From NCBI GenBank assembly GCA_024638655.1, contig JAHEJW010000005.1, positions 30,155-94,154 on the forward strand: a DNA stretch of 64,000 nt, given 5' to 3'. Below the pieces are notes generated by a model that did not search any database, was not told the origin of the DNA, and worked only from the letters and a program-made list of their open reading frames with translations. The stretch is from a bacterium. GTDB lineage: Bacteria; Actinomycetota; Acidimicrobiia; Spongiisociales; ZC4RG35. Shown here in pieces: positions 9,407-18,640 of this stretch (its first letter is position 1; every line of letters begins with the position of its first letter). The position numbers and the translations under genes were made by a program.

Positions 9407-11335
9407 GTGAGTCCAGTGGCAGATGAGATCGCCACGGAAGAGGCCACTGAAGAGGCTTCTACTGAAACAAGACAAACACTGGAGATTCAACCCTCCTCGA
9501 CACCCACGGAGTCGCTCGACAACCTGGTAGTCCGATTCGCCGGTGACTCCGGCGACGGCATGCAGCTGGCGGGGAATCGCTTCACCGATGCCTCGGCCCT
9601 GTTCGGCAATGACCTGGCGACCCTGCCCAGCTTCCCCGCCGAGATTCGAGCGCCGGCCGGGACGCTTCCCGGTGTGTCCAGCTTCCAGGTCCAGATCGCC
9701 GACTACGACATCCTGACCGCCGGAGACCAACCGGACTGTCTGGTGGCAATGAATCCGGCCGCGCTCATGAAGAACCTCAAAGATCTGCGTCCAGGCGGGA
9801 CTCTGATAGTCAACACCGACACCTTCGACGAGAGGAACCTCGACAAGGCCGGCTACGAGACGAACCCCCTCGATGACGACTCCCTCGATGGTTACAAGGT
9901 CATCAAGGCTCCCATGGACGAGCTGACCAAGGAGGCAGTCAAAGACACCGGTGTTTCAGGACGCAACGTCCTTCGCTCGAAGAACTTCTTCGCGCTCGGG
10001 CTCATGGCCTGGCTGTTCCATCGTCCAACCGAGCCCACTACCGAATGGGTCCGGAAGAAGTTCGCCTCCAAGCCCGAGGTGGCCAACGCCAATATCGAGT
10101 CTTTCAAGGCCGGTTACAACTTCGGCATAACCACCGAAGCGACCCGAACCACCTTCGAGGTCAAACCAGCCGCGCTACCCCCGGGCACCTATACCAACAT
10201 CAACGGGAACACTGCTCTCGCCTGGGGTTTGATCGCGGCATCGAGGAAATCGGGCCTGCCACTCTTCTACGGGACCTATCCGATCACACCGGCTTCCGAC
10301 ATCCTCCACGAGCTGTCGCGACGCAAGAACTTCGGGGTAAGGACCTTCCAGGCCGAGGACGAGATTGCAGGTGTTGGCAGCACCATCGGCGCCGCATTCG
10401 CAGGCAACCTCGCCGTCACCGGCTCATCCGGGCCCGGTATCGCACTGAAGAGCGAGGCCATCTCGCTGGCGTTCATGCTCGAGCTTCCCATGATCGTGAT
10501 CAACGTCCAGAGGGGAGGCCCCTCCACCGGCCTGCCGACCAAGCCGGAGCAGTCTGACCTTCTCTTCTCCCTCTATGGGCGTCATGGCGAGTCGCCGTTG
10601 CCCGTTCTGTCCATCGCGTCGCCTTCGGAGGCTTTCATGATGGCTATCGAGGCGGTTCGCATCGCCGTCAAGTACATGACCCCGGTGATCCTCCTCAGCG
10701 ACAACTATGTGGCGAACGGAAGTGAGCCCTGGAAGTTGCCCGACGTCGACGAAATCGCCGAGATCCCCGTCGAGTTCGCCAAGTACCCGAATGGCCCCGA
10801 CGGGACCTTTCTCCCGTACATGAGGAACATCGACACGTTTGCCCGCCCGTGGGCGATCCCGGGCACACCCGGCTTGGAGCATCGAATCGGTGGCCTGGAG
10901 AAGGAAGCCATAAGTGGAAATGTCTCCTACGACCCTGCCAACCACCAATTGATGACAGACACCAGGGCATGGAAAGTCGCCAACATAGCCAACGACATCC
11001 CTCTGCTGGAGGTCGACGGTGATGAAGATGCAGACATCCTCGTCCTGGGCTGGGGCTCCACTTTCGGGTCTATCAGAGCAGCGGCACGTAGGGCCAGACA
11101 GAGTGGGATCCCGGTGGCCACGGCTCACCTCAACTATCTCAATCCCCTGCCCAAGAACCTCGGCGAAGTGCTCCGCTCCCATGACAAGGTCCTGATCCCG
11201 GAGTTGAACACCGGACAGCTCCTCAAGGTCATCAGGGCTGAGTTCCTACTCGATGCCGTCGGACTCAACAAGGTCTCCGGTGAGCCGTTCCGGGTCACCG
11301 AGATAAGCGAGAAGATTTCGGAGATGGCGCAATGA
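9407..11335 (+). CDS. korA: 2-oxoglutarate:ferredoxin (2-oxoacid:acceptor) oxidoreductase subunit alpha
   Basis: 642 aa, KorA-like domain order; GTG start after AAGGAA; downstream beta-subunit gene overlaps by 4 nt. Confidence 0.85.
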   Translation: MSPVADEIATEEATEEASTETRQTLEIQPSSTPTESLDNLVVRFAGDSGDGMQLAGNRFTDASALFGNDLATLPSFPAEIRAPAGTLPGVSSFQVQIADYDILTAGDQPDCLVAMNPAALMKNLKDLRPGGTLIVNTDTFDERNLDKAGYETNPLDDDSLDGYKVIKAPMDELTKEAVKDTGVSGRNVLRSKNFFALGLMAWLFHRPTEPTTEWVRKKFASKPEVANANIESFKAGYNFGITTEATRTTFEVKPAALPPGTYTNINGNTALAWGLIAASRKSGLPLFYGTYPITPASDILHELSRRKNFGVRTFQAEDEIAGVGSTIGAAFAGNLAVTGSSGPGIALKSEAISLAFMLELPMIVINVQRGGPSTGLPTKPEQSDLLFSLYGRHGESPLPVLSIASPSEAFMMAIEAVRIAVKYMTPVILLSDNYVANGSEPWKLPDVDEIAEIPVEFAKYPNGPDGTFLPYMRNIDTFARPWAIPGTPGLEHRIGGLEKEAISGNVSYDPANHQLMTDTRAWKVANIANDIPLLEVDGDEDADILVLGWGSTFGSIRAAARRARQSGIPVATAHLNYLNPLPKNLGEVLRSHDKVLIPELNTGQLLKVIRAEFLLDAVGLNKVSGEPFRVTEISEKISEMAQ

Positions 11336-12360
11336 CAGCCCCCTCATACACGAGAAAAGACTTCCAGACGGACCAGGAAGTCCGATGGTGCCCCGGGTGC
11401 GGCGACTACACCATCCTTGCGTCGGTTCAGCAGTTCCTGGCAGGTCTGGGACGCAGCCGGGAGGAGTTCGTCTTCATCTCGGGCATCGGATGCTCTTCCC
11501 GATTCCCCTACTACATGAACACCTACGGGATGCACTCCATCCACGGTCGCGCCCCGGCGATTGCCAGTGGTGTCGCCGCCACGAGACCTGACTTGTCGGT
11601 ATGGGTGATCACCGGTGATGGCGACGGGCTCTCGATCGGCGGTAACCACCTGATCCACGCCCTCCGTCGCAATGTGAACCTCAAGATCCTTTTGTTCAAC
11701 AATCAGATCTATGGCTTGACCAAGGGCCAGTACTCGCCAACCTCCGAGGTGGGCAAGTCGACCAAGTCGTCGCCATTCGGCTCAATCGACTATCCGTTCA
11801 ACCCCGTCTCGCTTGCCTTGGGTGCCGAAGCAAGCTTCGTTGCCAGGACGGTCGACATGGACCGCAATCACACTCAGATGGTGTTGAAGTCGGCATACGA
11901 GCACAAGGGCGCCGCCTTCGTCGAGATATATCAGAACTGCAATGTCTTCAACGACAAGGCGTTCATCCAGGTGACCGGGAAGGAGGAGCGAGTCCACAAC
12001 CGCGTCGACCTCGAGCAGGGCAAGCCGGTCGTCTTCGACGAAGGGGCGAAAGCAGTAGTCATGCGTGGTGGTGAAGCGGTCGTCGTCGACTCCAGCTCGG
12101 TTGACCCCAAAGCGATCCTGGTCCATGACGAGACACGGGAGAACCCATCGGTGGCTTACGCACTGAGCCGGCTCTCACACGGGCCGTATGGGCCGACTCC
12201 GCTGGGTATCTTCCGCCGGGTAGCTCGATCGACCTACGACGCCGAGATCAATGCCCAGATGGAGGGAGCCAGGAATGACATGGGTGACGGTGATGTGAGC
12301 CAGCTCATCCGTTCCCATGGAACCTGGGAAGTAAAGGGGCCCTCACCCAACGGCGGCTGA
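11332..12360 (+). CDS. korB: 2-oxoglutarate:ferredoxin oxidoreductase subunit beta (TPP-binding)
   Basis: TPP-binding GDGDG...N motif, CPGCGD N-terminal cysteines; 342 aa. Confidence 0.85.
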   Translation: MTAPSYTRKDFQTDQEVRWCPGCGDYTILASVQQFLAGLGRSREEFVFISGIGCSSRFPYYMNTYGMHSIHGRAPAIASGVAATRPDLSVWVITGDGDGLSIGGNHLIHALRRNVNLKILLFNNQIYGLTKGQYSPTSEVGKSTKSSPFGSIDYPFNPVSLALGAEASFVARTVDMDRNHTQMVLKSAYEHKGAAFVEIYQNCNVFNDKAFIQVTGKEERVHNRVDLEQGKPVVFDEGAKAVVMRGGEAVVVDSSSVDPKAILVHDETRENPSVAYALSRLSHGPYGPTPLGIFRRVARSTYDAEINAQMEGARNDMGDGDVSQLIRSHGTWEVKGPSPNGG

Positions 12361-12389
12361 GGCCTGCCCTTCTCCAAGGGGGACCTGGC

Positions 12390-12893
12390 TCAACCGGCTC
12401 TGGCGCCGGCCCCGAGGAGGTCGTCGATCTGGCCGAGGGCCTGGGTCATCCCCTCCTCCATGCCCATCTCGGCCATTTGTTCCATCGCTTCCAATGATGG
12501 GAACTTCGTGTGGATCGACATACGAGTGAGCCCGCCGGGCTCCTCCGTGAGCTCGACACGGGTCCTAGTAACGGGCATGTCGGGACTCGGCTTGCCGTTC
12601 TCGTCGGCGAACCCGTCTTCGAACTCGAGGCCGGACGGTGGGTCGACTTCGATCACGTTCCACCAGCCCCAGTACTCGTCGCCCTCCGGCCCGGTCATGT
12701 AGTAGCTCACCTTGCCGCCTGGGATCAAGTCGTGATCGACGACCGTCGCCGGGTATGTCGAGGGGCCCCACCATCTCTCGAACTGCCTCGGGTCCTCCCA
12801 TAGCTTCCACACACGCTGGATCGATGCGTCGAACTCTGCGGTTATGGTCATGGTCAGGCTCTCGGCGTCCTTCTGGATGCTCTTCAGGGTCAT
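12390..12893 (-). CDS. SRPBCC/AHSA1 (Aha1-like) domain protein
   Basis: MTLKSIQKDAESLTMTITAEFDASIQRVWKLWEDPRQFERWWGP typical AHSA1-domain start; ORF-track 5' extension (Arg-rich) trimmed to ATG at 12891-12893; 4-nt overlap with arsR. Confidence 0.65.
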   Translation of the reverse strand: MTLKSIQKDAESLTMTITAEFDASIQRVWKLWEDPRQFERWWGPSTYPATVVDHDLIPGGKVSYYMTGPEGDEYWGWWNVIEVDPPSGLEFEDGFADENGKPSPDMPVTRTRVELTEEPGGLTRMSIHTKFPSLEAMEQMAEMGMEEGMTQALGQIDDLLGAGARAG

Positions 12894-13240
12894 GGGTTGG
12901 CTCCTTGATCGGCTTCGGCGAGAACCTCGTCGAAACGTTCGAGACGGGCGCGCCATACTGCCTCGATCTCCTCGAGCAGTTGGTTGGCGATATGGATGGT
13001 GTGGATCTCTGTCTTGACGAGTTGCCTCCTGCCGCACTTCCGCTTGCTGACCAGACCGGCCCGCTCCAGCACAGCGACGTGCTTCTGGACGGCGGCGAAA
13101 CTCATCGGGTAGTAACCCGCGAGAGCAGAGACCGAGTGATCTCCAAGTATGGCCCGCCTGACGATGTCCCTCCTCGTGGCATCGGCCAGAGCATGAAAGA
13201 TCTCGTCTGCTAAACCCTCGCCGACCTTATCTACAACCAT
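12890..13240 (-). CDS. ArsR/SmtB-family transcriptional regulator
   Basis: 116 aa, HTH IFHALADATRRDIVRRAILGDHSVSALAG...QKHVAVLERAGLV; first gene of a 2-gene operon with the SRPBCC gene. Confidence 0.8.
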   Translation of the reverse strand: MVVDKVGEGLADEIFHALADATRRDIVRRAILGDHSVSALAGYYPMSFAAVQKHVAVLERAGLVSKRKCGRRQLVKTEIHTIHIANQLLEEIEAVWRARLERFDEVLAEADQGANP

Positions 13241-13250
13241 TCGGTTGTAG
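13231..13250. promoter_or_regulatory. 20-bp palindrome CTACAACC-ATTC-GGTTGTAG overlapping the arsR start codon (candidate ArsR operator)
   Basis: Perfect 8-bp inverted arms, 4-nt spacer; contains the ATG (13238-13240, minus strand). Confidence 0.4.
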
Positions 13251-13340
13251 ATCTACCCAGAAGGATGCGACCGATGCAAGCGATCGCGCCGGCCGTGGTT
13301 GCAGGGATCGAGGTCCCGACTGGGGTTGGGATGGGTTCGG

Positions 13341-13670
13341 TCAGCCGCCTCTGGCTATCTCAATTGAGTCACGCGCCCAATCCACGAGCGTGTCATCGTC
13401 GACCAGGACCTCACTCGGCACCGAGTAGTAGGGCATACGGACGTGCTTCTCAGCCCCTACGTCGAGAAACCGATCGCGATTGGTGTCGTCGACCTTGAGG
13501 TGGAGGCGGGCATTCGCATCGATCAGGGCGAACATCGAGTCCTCGATGAAGATCCCCGCTCCACCGAACATCTTCCTCCAGGACACCAGTCCCAATGCTT
13601 CGAAGGTCTCAACGACCTCTTCGGCGAATTGCCCGACCTCATCCGAGTATCGAGCCCCGCGCGTTCCCAT
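13341..13670 (-). CDS. TfoX N-terminal-domain family protein
   Basis: 109 aa; ...WRKMFGGAGIFIEDSMFALI... typical TfoX_N pattern. Confidence 0.55.
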   Translation of the reverse strand: MGTRGARYSDEVGQFAEEVVETFEALGLVSWRKMFGGAGIFIEDSMFALIDANARLHLKVDDTNRDRFLDVGAEKHVRMPYYSVPSEVLVDDDTLVDWARDSIEIARGG

Positions 13671-13728
13671 GTTCGCTCCTATCCCCCATCGTGGGTCCTA
13701 ACCAAAGCACCAAAGGTACCGTGGTGAT

Positions 13729-14169
13729 ATGCCCTTCTTCGCGGTGTTCGCACTCGTTGCGCTGATCGAGATGGCCACCTTCTTCTGGGTGGAGTCGCGC
13801 ATCGGGCTCGGTTGGGCTCTGGGGCTGGCCCTCCTCACGGCCATCATCGGCTCCATGCTGGTTCGCCGCGCCGGGATCGCGGTCATAGCGGCTATTCGGA
13901 CGAAGTGGAGTGAAGGCCGGCTCCCCGGACGGGAGCTCACCCACGGCGCGGCAATCCTCGTCTCGGGGGCCTTCCTGATCTCACCGGGTTTCATCACCGA
14001 CACGTTGGGGTTTCTCCTTCTCGTCCCGAACGTACGCGACATGATCCATGGTCTCGTGTCTCGGCGAATCTCCTCGCGAGTGGGGATCACTCTGGGCAGT
14101 CAAGGCGCCCGCTACGTCAGACAACCGCCCGACGAGGGTGACATCATCGATATCGACCCGATCGAATAG
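13729..14169 (+). CDS. fxsA: FxsA-family membrane protein
   Basis: 146 aa; two N-terminal TM helices + conserved FxsA core (GFITDTLGFLLLVP). Confidence 0.65.
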   Translation: MPFFAVFALVALIEMATFFWVESRIGLGWALGLALLTAIIGSMLVRRAGIAVIAAIRTKWSEGRLPGRELTHGAAILVSGAFLISPGFITDTLGFLLLVPNVRDMIHGLVSRRISSRVGITLGSQGARYVRQPPDEGDIIDIDPIE

Positions 14170-14177
14170 GCCAAGCC

Positions 14178-15530
14178 CTACCCGATCAGCTTCCGGATCT
14201 CCTCGATCTGCTCACCGACAGACTCGGGGCTTCCCGAACCGCTCGTCGCCCTCGCCTCGACCGAGCGCGCCGGGTCGAAGAGCTCGAGGTCCCCGGGCTC
14301 GAACCGATCATCCTCATCGAGGAGATCATCCGTTGTTGCTTCCGAGAAGGCCCGGCCTGTTGTCTCGAGACGTCCCACGAGACGCCCGACGATCTCGTGA
14401 GATTCCCGAAAAGGCACGCCACGCCTCACCAGCGCCTCCGCCAGATCGAGGGCCGCGGTTTGGGCGATCGGCGGCGGTGGGTCGAAAGACAGACCCTCCA
14501 GGAGCCGGCGCGTCGCCGCCAAAGCCCCCGAAAGCGTGTCGTCGGCATGGAACACGATCCGCTTGTCCTCCTGGAGGTCGCGGTTGTACGCGAGCGGGAG
14601 CCCTTTCTGCAGGCCCAGGATGGCGGTCAGGTCACCGGCGACCGAAGCCGCCCTCCCTCTCACCAGCTCGGCGATGTCGGGATTGCGCTTCTGTGGGAGT
14701 GCGGAGGATCCGGTGCTCACCTCGTCGGACAGCTTCGCCCAGCCGAACTCGCTGGTGACCCAGAGGATCACCTCCTCGGCCAAGCGAGACAGGTCCGCCA
14801 TCGCCTGGGCACAACAGAACACGTACTCGGCGACGAAGTCCCTAGAGCCCACCGCATCGAGGGAGTTCGGCATCACTCCCGCGAGCCCGAGGGACTGGGC
14901 GGCCATCAGGCGATCGAGGGGAAGCGAAGAGCCCGACGACGCCCCCGCACCGAGCGGAGAGACCGCCAGACGCTCCCGGGCATCGGCGAACCGGCCCGAC
15001 GAGCGCAATGCCATCCATGCGTAGGCCAGCAGATGGTGACCAAGGGTCGTCGGCTGCGCCTGTTGGAGATGGGTGTAAGACGGCACCACGGTCCCGGTGT
15101 GCTCCGAAGCGATGTCCGTCAACGTCGCGGCCAACCGGTGAAGCTCGCCGATGCGTCGCTGTGCAGCTTCCGAAAGATAGAGCCTGAGGTCGAGGGCGAC
15201 CTGGTCGTTGCGGGACCGACCGGTGTGGAGCTTCCCGGCGATCTCGCCCACCAACTGGCCAAGACGACGTTCCACCGCGGAGTGGACGTCCTCGTCGGAC
15301 TGTTCGAAGTCGAATTCGCCGGCACGGACCTCCTCGAGGATCTCTTCCAGCCCGGCGTGCAGCCGATCAGCCTCCCCAACCGGGATGATTGCCTGCTTGC
15401 CCAACATCTCGACGTGGGCCAGAGAGCCCTTGATGTCGACCTCGAGGAGACGGCGATCCGAGTCGTCGACGGTGAAATCCCAGGTGTCTCCGGTCATCGA
15501 GCCCTGAAACCTGCCTCCCCAAAGGGTCAT
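14178..15530 (-). CDS. argH: argininosuccinate lyase
   Basis: MTLWGGRF start, fumarate-lyase signature [11 protein letters not shown]; 450 aa; 4-nt overlap with argG. Confidence 0.95.
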   Translation of the reverse strand: MTLWGGRFQGSMTGDTWDFTVDDSDRRLLEVDIKGSLAHVEMLGKQAIIPVGEADRLHAGLEEILEEVRAGEFDFEQSDEDVHSAVERRLGQLVGEIAGKLHTGRSRNDQVALDLRLYLSEAAQRRIGELHRLAATLTDIASEHTGTVVPSYTHLQQAQPTTLGHHLLAYAWMALRSSGRFADARERLAVSPLGAGASSGSSLPLDRLMAAQSLGLAGVMPNSLDAVGSRDFVAEYVFCCAQAMADLSRLAEEVILWVTSEFGWAKLSDEVSTGSSALPQKRNPDIAELVRGRAASVAGDLTAILGLQKGLPLAYNRDLQEDKRIVFHADDTLSGALAATRRLLEGLSFDPPPPIAQTAALDLAEALVRRGVPFRESHEIVGRLVGRLETTGRAFSEATTDDLLDEDDRFEPGDLELFDPARSVEARATSGSGSPESVGEQIEEIRKLIG

Positions 15531-16711
15531 CCGCCTGTCCCGTAACCCCGGACCCGCAGTGCGTTCAGGCTGATGAATCCCTCGGCATCGGCCTGGCGGT
15601 ACACGTCATCGGCCTCGAAGGTGGCGATGTCCTCGCTGTAGAGGCTGTTGGGAGATCTGCGTCCGGTGACCCGGGCAGATCCCTTGTAGAGCACGAGCCG
15701 GGCTTCGCCGGTCACCACCCTCTGGATGTCGTCCATGGTCCTCTGTATGGCGACACGCTCCGGCGAGTACCAGAACCCGTTGTACGCGATCGCGGCATAC
15801 CTCCTCGAGAGATCGTCCCTCAGATGGAGCACCTCGCGATCGAGGCAGAGCGACTCGATTGCCCGTCTTGCGGCGTGGAGCACCGTACCGCCCGGAGTCT
15901 CGTAGACGCCCCTGGATTTAATGCCGACGAAGCGGTTCTCGACGATGTCGATACGTCCCACGCCGTGTCTGCCCGCCACCTCGTTGAGTCGAGTGAGCAG
16001 CTCAGTCGGTCCGAGGTCCTCCCCATCGACACTGATCGGAGTGCCCGACTCGAAACCGACGACGATCTCCTGCGACTCCCCCGGAGCATCCTCGGGATCG
16101 GTTGTCATTCGGAACATGTCTTTCGGTGGTGGGGCCCAGGGATCTTCGAGCACTCCGCCCTCGTACGAGATGTGGAAGAGGTTGGCGTCCATCGAATAGG
16201 GGGCTTCTCTGGTCACCGGGACGGGGATCCCCCGCTCCTCGGCATAGGCGATCAGGTCTGCACGTCCCCGAAGCTTCCACTCCCGCCACGGGGCGATGGT
16301 CTTCAGCTCGGGGGCGAGGGCTGCAGTCGACAGCTCGAAGCGGACCTGGTCGTTGCCCTTGCCCGTGGCGCCGTGGGCAACGGCATCTGCTCCGTGCTCC
16401 CTCGCCGTGGCGACGAGCCCTTTGGTGATTATCGGGCGGGCCAGGGACGTGCCGAGCAGATACTCCGTCTCGTACACAGCAGCTGCGCGAATCGCCGGGA
16501 ACACAGCTCCACTGACGAATTCCTCACGTAGGTCGTCGACCACTCCGGCGACCGCGCCGGTGGCCATCGCCTTCGCCTCGGCCTCCGCCACTTCGTCTCC
16601 CTGGCCGACATCGGCGGTGTAGGCGATGACCTCGGCTCCGTACTCCTCCTTCAGCCAGGCCAGAATCACCGAGGTGTCCAGACCCCCCGAGTATGCGAGA
16701 ACTACTTTCAC
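15527..16711 (-). CDS. argG: argininosuccinate synthase
   Basis: [11 protein letters not shown]-loop motif, 394 aa. Confidence 0.95.
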   Translation of the reverse strand: MKVVLAYSGGLDTSVILAWLKEEYGAEVIAYTADVGQGDEVAEAEAKAMATGAVAGVVDDLREEFVSGAVFPAIRAAAVYETEYLLGTSLARPIITKGLVATAREHGADAVAHGATGKGNDQVRFELSTAALAPELKTIAPWREWKLRGRADLIAYAEERGIPVPVTREAPYSMDANLFHISYEGGVLEDPWAPPPKDMFRMTTDPEDAPGESQEIVVGFESGTPISVDGEDLGPTELLTRLNEVAGRHGVGRIDIVENRFVGIKSRGVYETPGGTVLHAARRAIESLCLDREVLHLRDDLSRRYAAIAYNGFWYSPERVAIQRTMDDIQRVVTGEARLVLYKGSARVTGRRSPNSLYSEDIATFEADDVYRQADAEGFISLNALRVRGYGTGG

Positions 16712-16826
16712 GTTTCCTCCGTGAAATGAACGGAATAGACCTTACGAGGCCAGAACACTGCCTGGTCGGGGCGAAGATGACAAGCCCGGGAGCCGGCCTG
16801 ACCCTCTTGCCCCCTATCCACTGCAC

Positions 16827-17657
16827 GTGGCTACGGTTCGAGCCGGTCCGCATGAATGTCTCGGAGTGAGCGCCTTGAGCGATTCTGAAATCGACGCCTG
16901 GTCGGGATTGCAGCTTTTCGCCCGCTACGCGTATCCGCCGAACGAGCGCGGGTACTGCGGCCCCGACGACCACCTGGCCTTGCTCGAATATCGCTCGTCG
17001 GGCCTCGTTGACCAGGGCCTCGCCCAATTGGCCGAGGCCTTCAATGGGCCCTGGCCGTATCTGAAGCTGATGGCCGAGAAGACTGGCGCCGGTGGCCCAT
17101 TCAGCAAGAGAGTCGTCGAGGCGTACTGGGTTGGCAACGATCTGATCGACCGGGTGGGAACGATCGACTTCGGCAACGCCGTTGAGCAGAAGTTCAGGCC
17201 CCGGCTTGGGAGGAATTGGCATGCCATCTCGGAGGCAATTCCCGGCGGTATCCCCCACCACAGCTTCCACGTCTTCGTCACCTACCCGTGGGTCGGGCTC
17301 CTCGAAGAGAACCATCGGGGTGAGCCGCTGCGCATCCTCGATCAGTGTCGCATTCGGTGGGGTCGGGTGGAGGCAATAGAGGGAGAGCTAGCGGTGGTCA
17401 CGAGCGAACCGCTGACCTGGGACGGAAACCGGCTGAGTCTCGGGCATCCCCGCAAGGAGACAGTGACGTTGACCGTTGGCGGGCTTGGGTTCACCGAGCC
17501 GCTTCGACCCGGTGATTGGGTGTCGATGCACTGGACGTGGATCTGTGACCGTCTCGACGCCGAACAGCTGGCGGCTCTGAAGTTGTACTCGAACCGGCAG
17601 CTGAAGATGACGAACGATGAGCTCGCTCATCCCGGCCCGGCGACGATTCTCGGCTGA
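16827..17657 (+). CDS. conserved hypothetical Cys/His-rich protein
   Basis: 276 aa; motifs YAYPPNERGYCGPDDH, HHSFHVF, CRIRWG, HWTWICDRLD; immediately upstream of ABC importer genes. Confidence 0.45.
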   Translation: MATVRAGPHECLGVSALSDSEIDAWSGLQLFARYAYPPNERGYCGPDDHLALLEYRSSGLVDQGLAQLAEAFNGPWPYLKLMAEKTGAGGPFSKRVVEAYWVGNDLIDRVGTIDFGNAVEQKFRPRLGRNWHAISEAIPGGIPHHSFHVFVTYPWVGLLEENHRGEPLRILDQCRIRWGRVEAIEGELAVVTSEPLTWDGNRLSLGHPRKETVTLTVGGLGFTEPLRPGDWVSMHWTWICDRLDAEQLAALKLYSNRQLKMTNDELAHPGPATILG

Positions 17658-17665
17658 GTCGAGTC

Positions 17666-18619
17666 GTGGGCCGCTGCCTCCTGGCCATTTCCATCTCGAT
17701 CCTCACGGCAGCCTGTGCCGGCGGGTCTGTCGAGGCGGACCATGAGTCGCTGACCATCTACACCAGCGTCACCCGGGACACAGTCGATGCCGTAGTCGAC
17801 GGGTTCGAGTCCACCAGCCCCGGTACGACCGTCGAGGTCTTCAGGGCACCTACCGGTGAGCTAGCAGCGAGGATTGCCGCCGAGTTGAGAAACGGTGCCC
17901 TCGAAGCGGACATACTTTGGATGACCGATCCAATCTCCATCCAGCAATACGAGCGTGACGGCTTGTTATTGGAATGGACTCCCGACGATCTCGAAGCCGT
18001 GCCGGGAGCTTTCCGCACAGCGAAGTCCTTCGGGACGAGAGTCCTCAATCTCGTGATCGTCAGCGGTCATACCCTGCTCGATCCACCACGGGATTGGGCG
18101 GACCTCGCCGGCGTCGAAGGCACCGTCGCTTTGCCCGACCCCGGTTTTGCAGGGTCGGCTTTCGCGGCGTTGGGTTTCTTCGCTCTCGACCCGGGCTATG
18201 GGCTCCAGTTCTATCGGGACCTCGAATCCAACGGAGCCGTTCAGGTTCAATCGCCCGGCGATGTCGTCAACGGCGTCGCCGAGGGCATCTACGCGGCCGG
18301 CTTGACCCTCGACCGGACGGCGAGAGACGCAGTCGACGACGGCTCTCCGGTCGACTTGATCTGGCCCTCGTCAGGGGCGATCGCGTTCTACAGTCCGATA
18401 GCTGTCGTCGACGACGGAGCCACGTCCACGGCGAAGGACTTCGTCGACTACGTGCTGGGAGCCGAGGCACAGACGGCCATCGCAGCAACAGGCTGGGAGC
18501 CGATACGAGATGACGTGGAGTGGTCACATGACGGAGATCAGCAGACCATCGACTGGGAACAGGCCTTCGACCGCCAGGGTGAGCTCCTCGCGCAATATCG
18601 GGAGATCTTCGACGGCTGA
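17666..18619 (+). CDS. ABC transporter substrate-binding lipoprotein (Fe3+/thiamine-type, family 1 SBP)
   Basis: Lipobox LTAAC; 317 aa; AfuA/FbpA/ThiB-like organisation with downstream fused two-domain permease and ATPase. Confidence 0.75.
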   Translation: MGRCLLAISISILTAACAGGSVEADHESLTIYTSVTRDTVDAVVDGFESTSPGTTVEVFRAPTGELAARIAAELRNGALEADILWMTDPISIQQYERDGLLLEWTPDDLEAVPGAFRTAKSFGTRVLNLVIVSGHTLLDPPRDWADLAGVEGTVALPDPGFAGSAFAALGFFALDPGYGLQFYRDLESNGAVQVQSPGDVVNGVAEGIYAAGLTLDRTARDAVDDGSPVDLIWPSSGAIAFYSPIAVVDDGATSTAKDFVDYVLGAEAQTAIAATGWEPIRDDVEWSHDGDQQTIDWEQAFDRQGELLAQYREIFDG

Positions 18620-18640
18620 CTCCGCCGAATTCCCCGGTCG

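Noticed and set aside
16712-16826. TPP riboswitch or ARG box in the region between argG and the hypothetical/ABC importer genes
   Set aside because: No CUGAGA or ACCUGAUCUGGAUAAUGCCAGCG-like TPP core and no palindromic TGAAT-N8-ATTCA ARG box; only a weak TGAAATGAACGGAATA resemblance.
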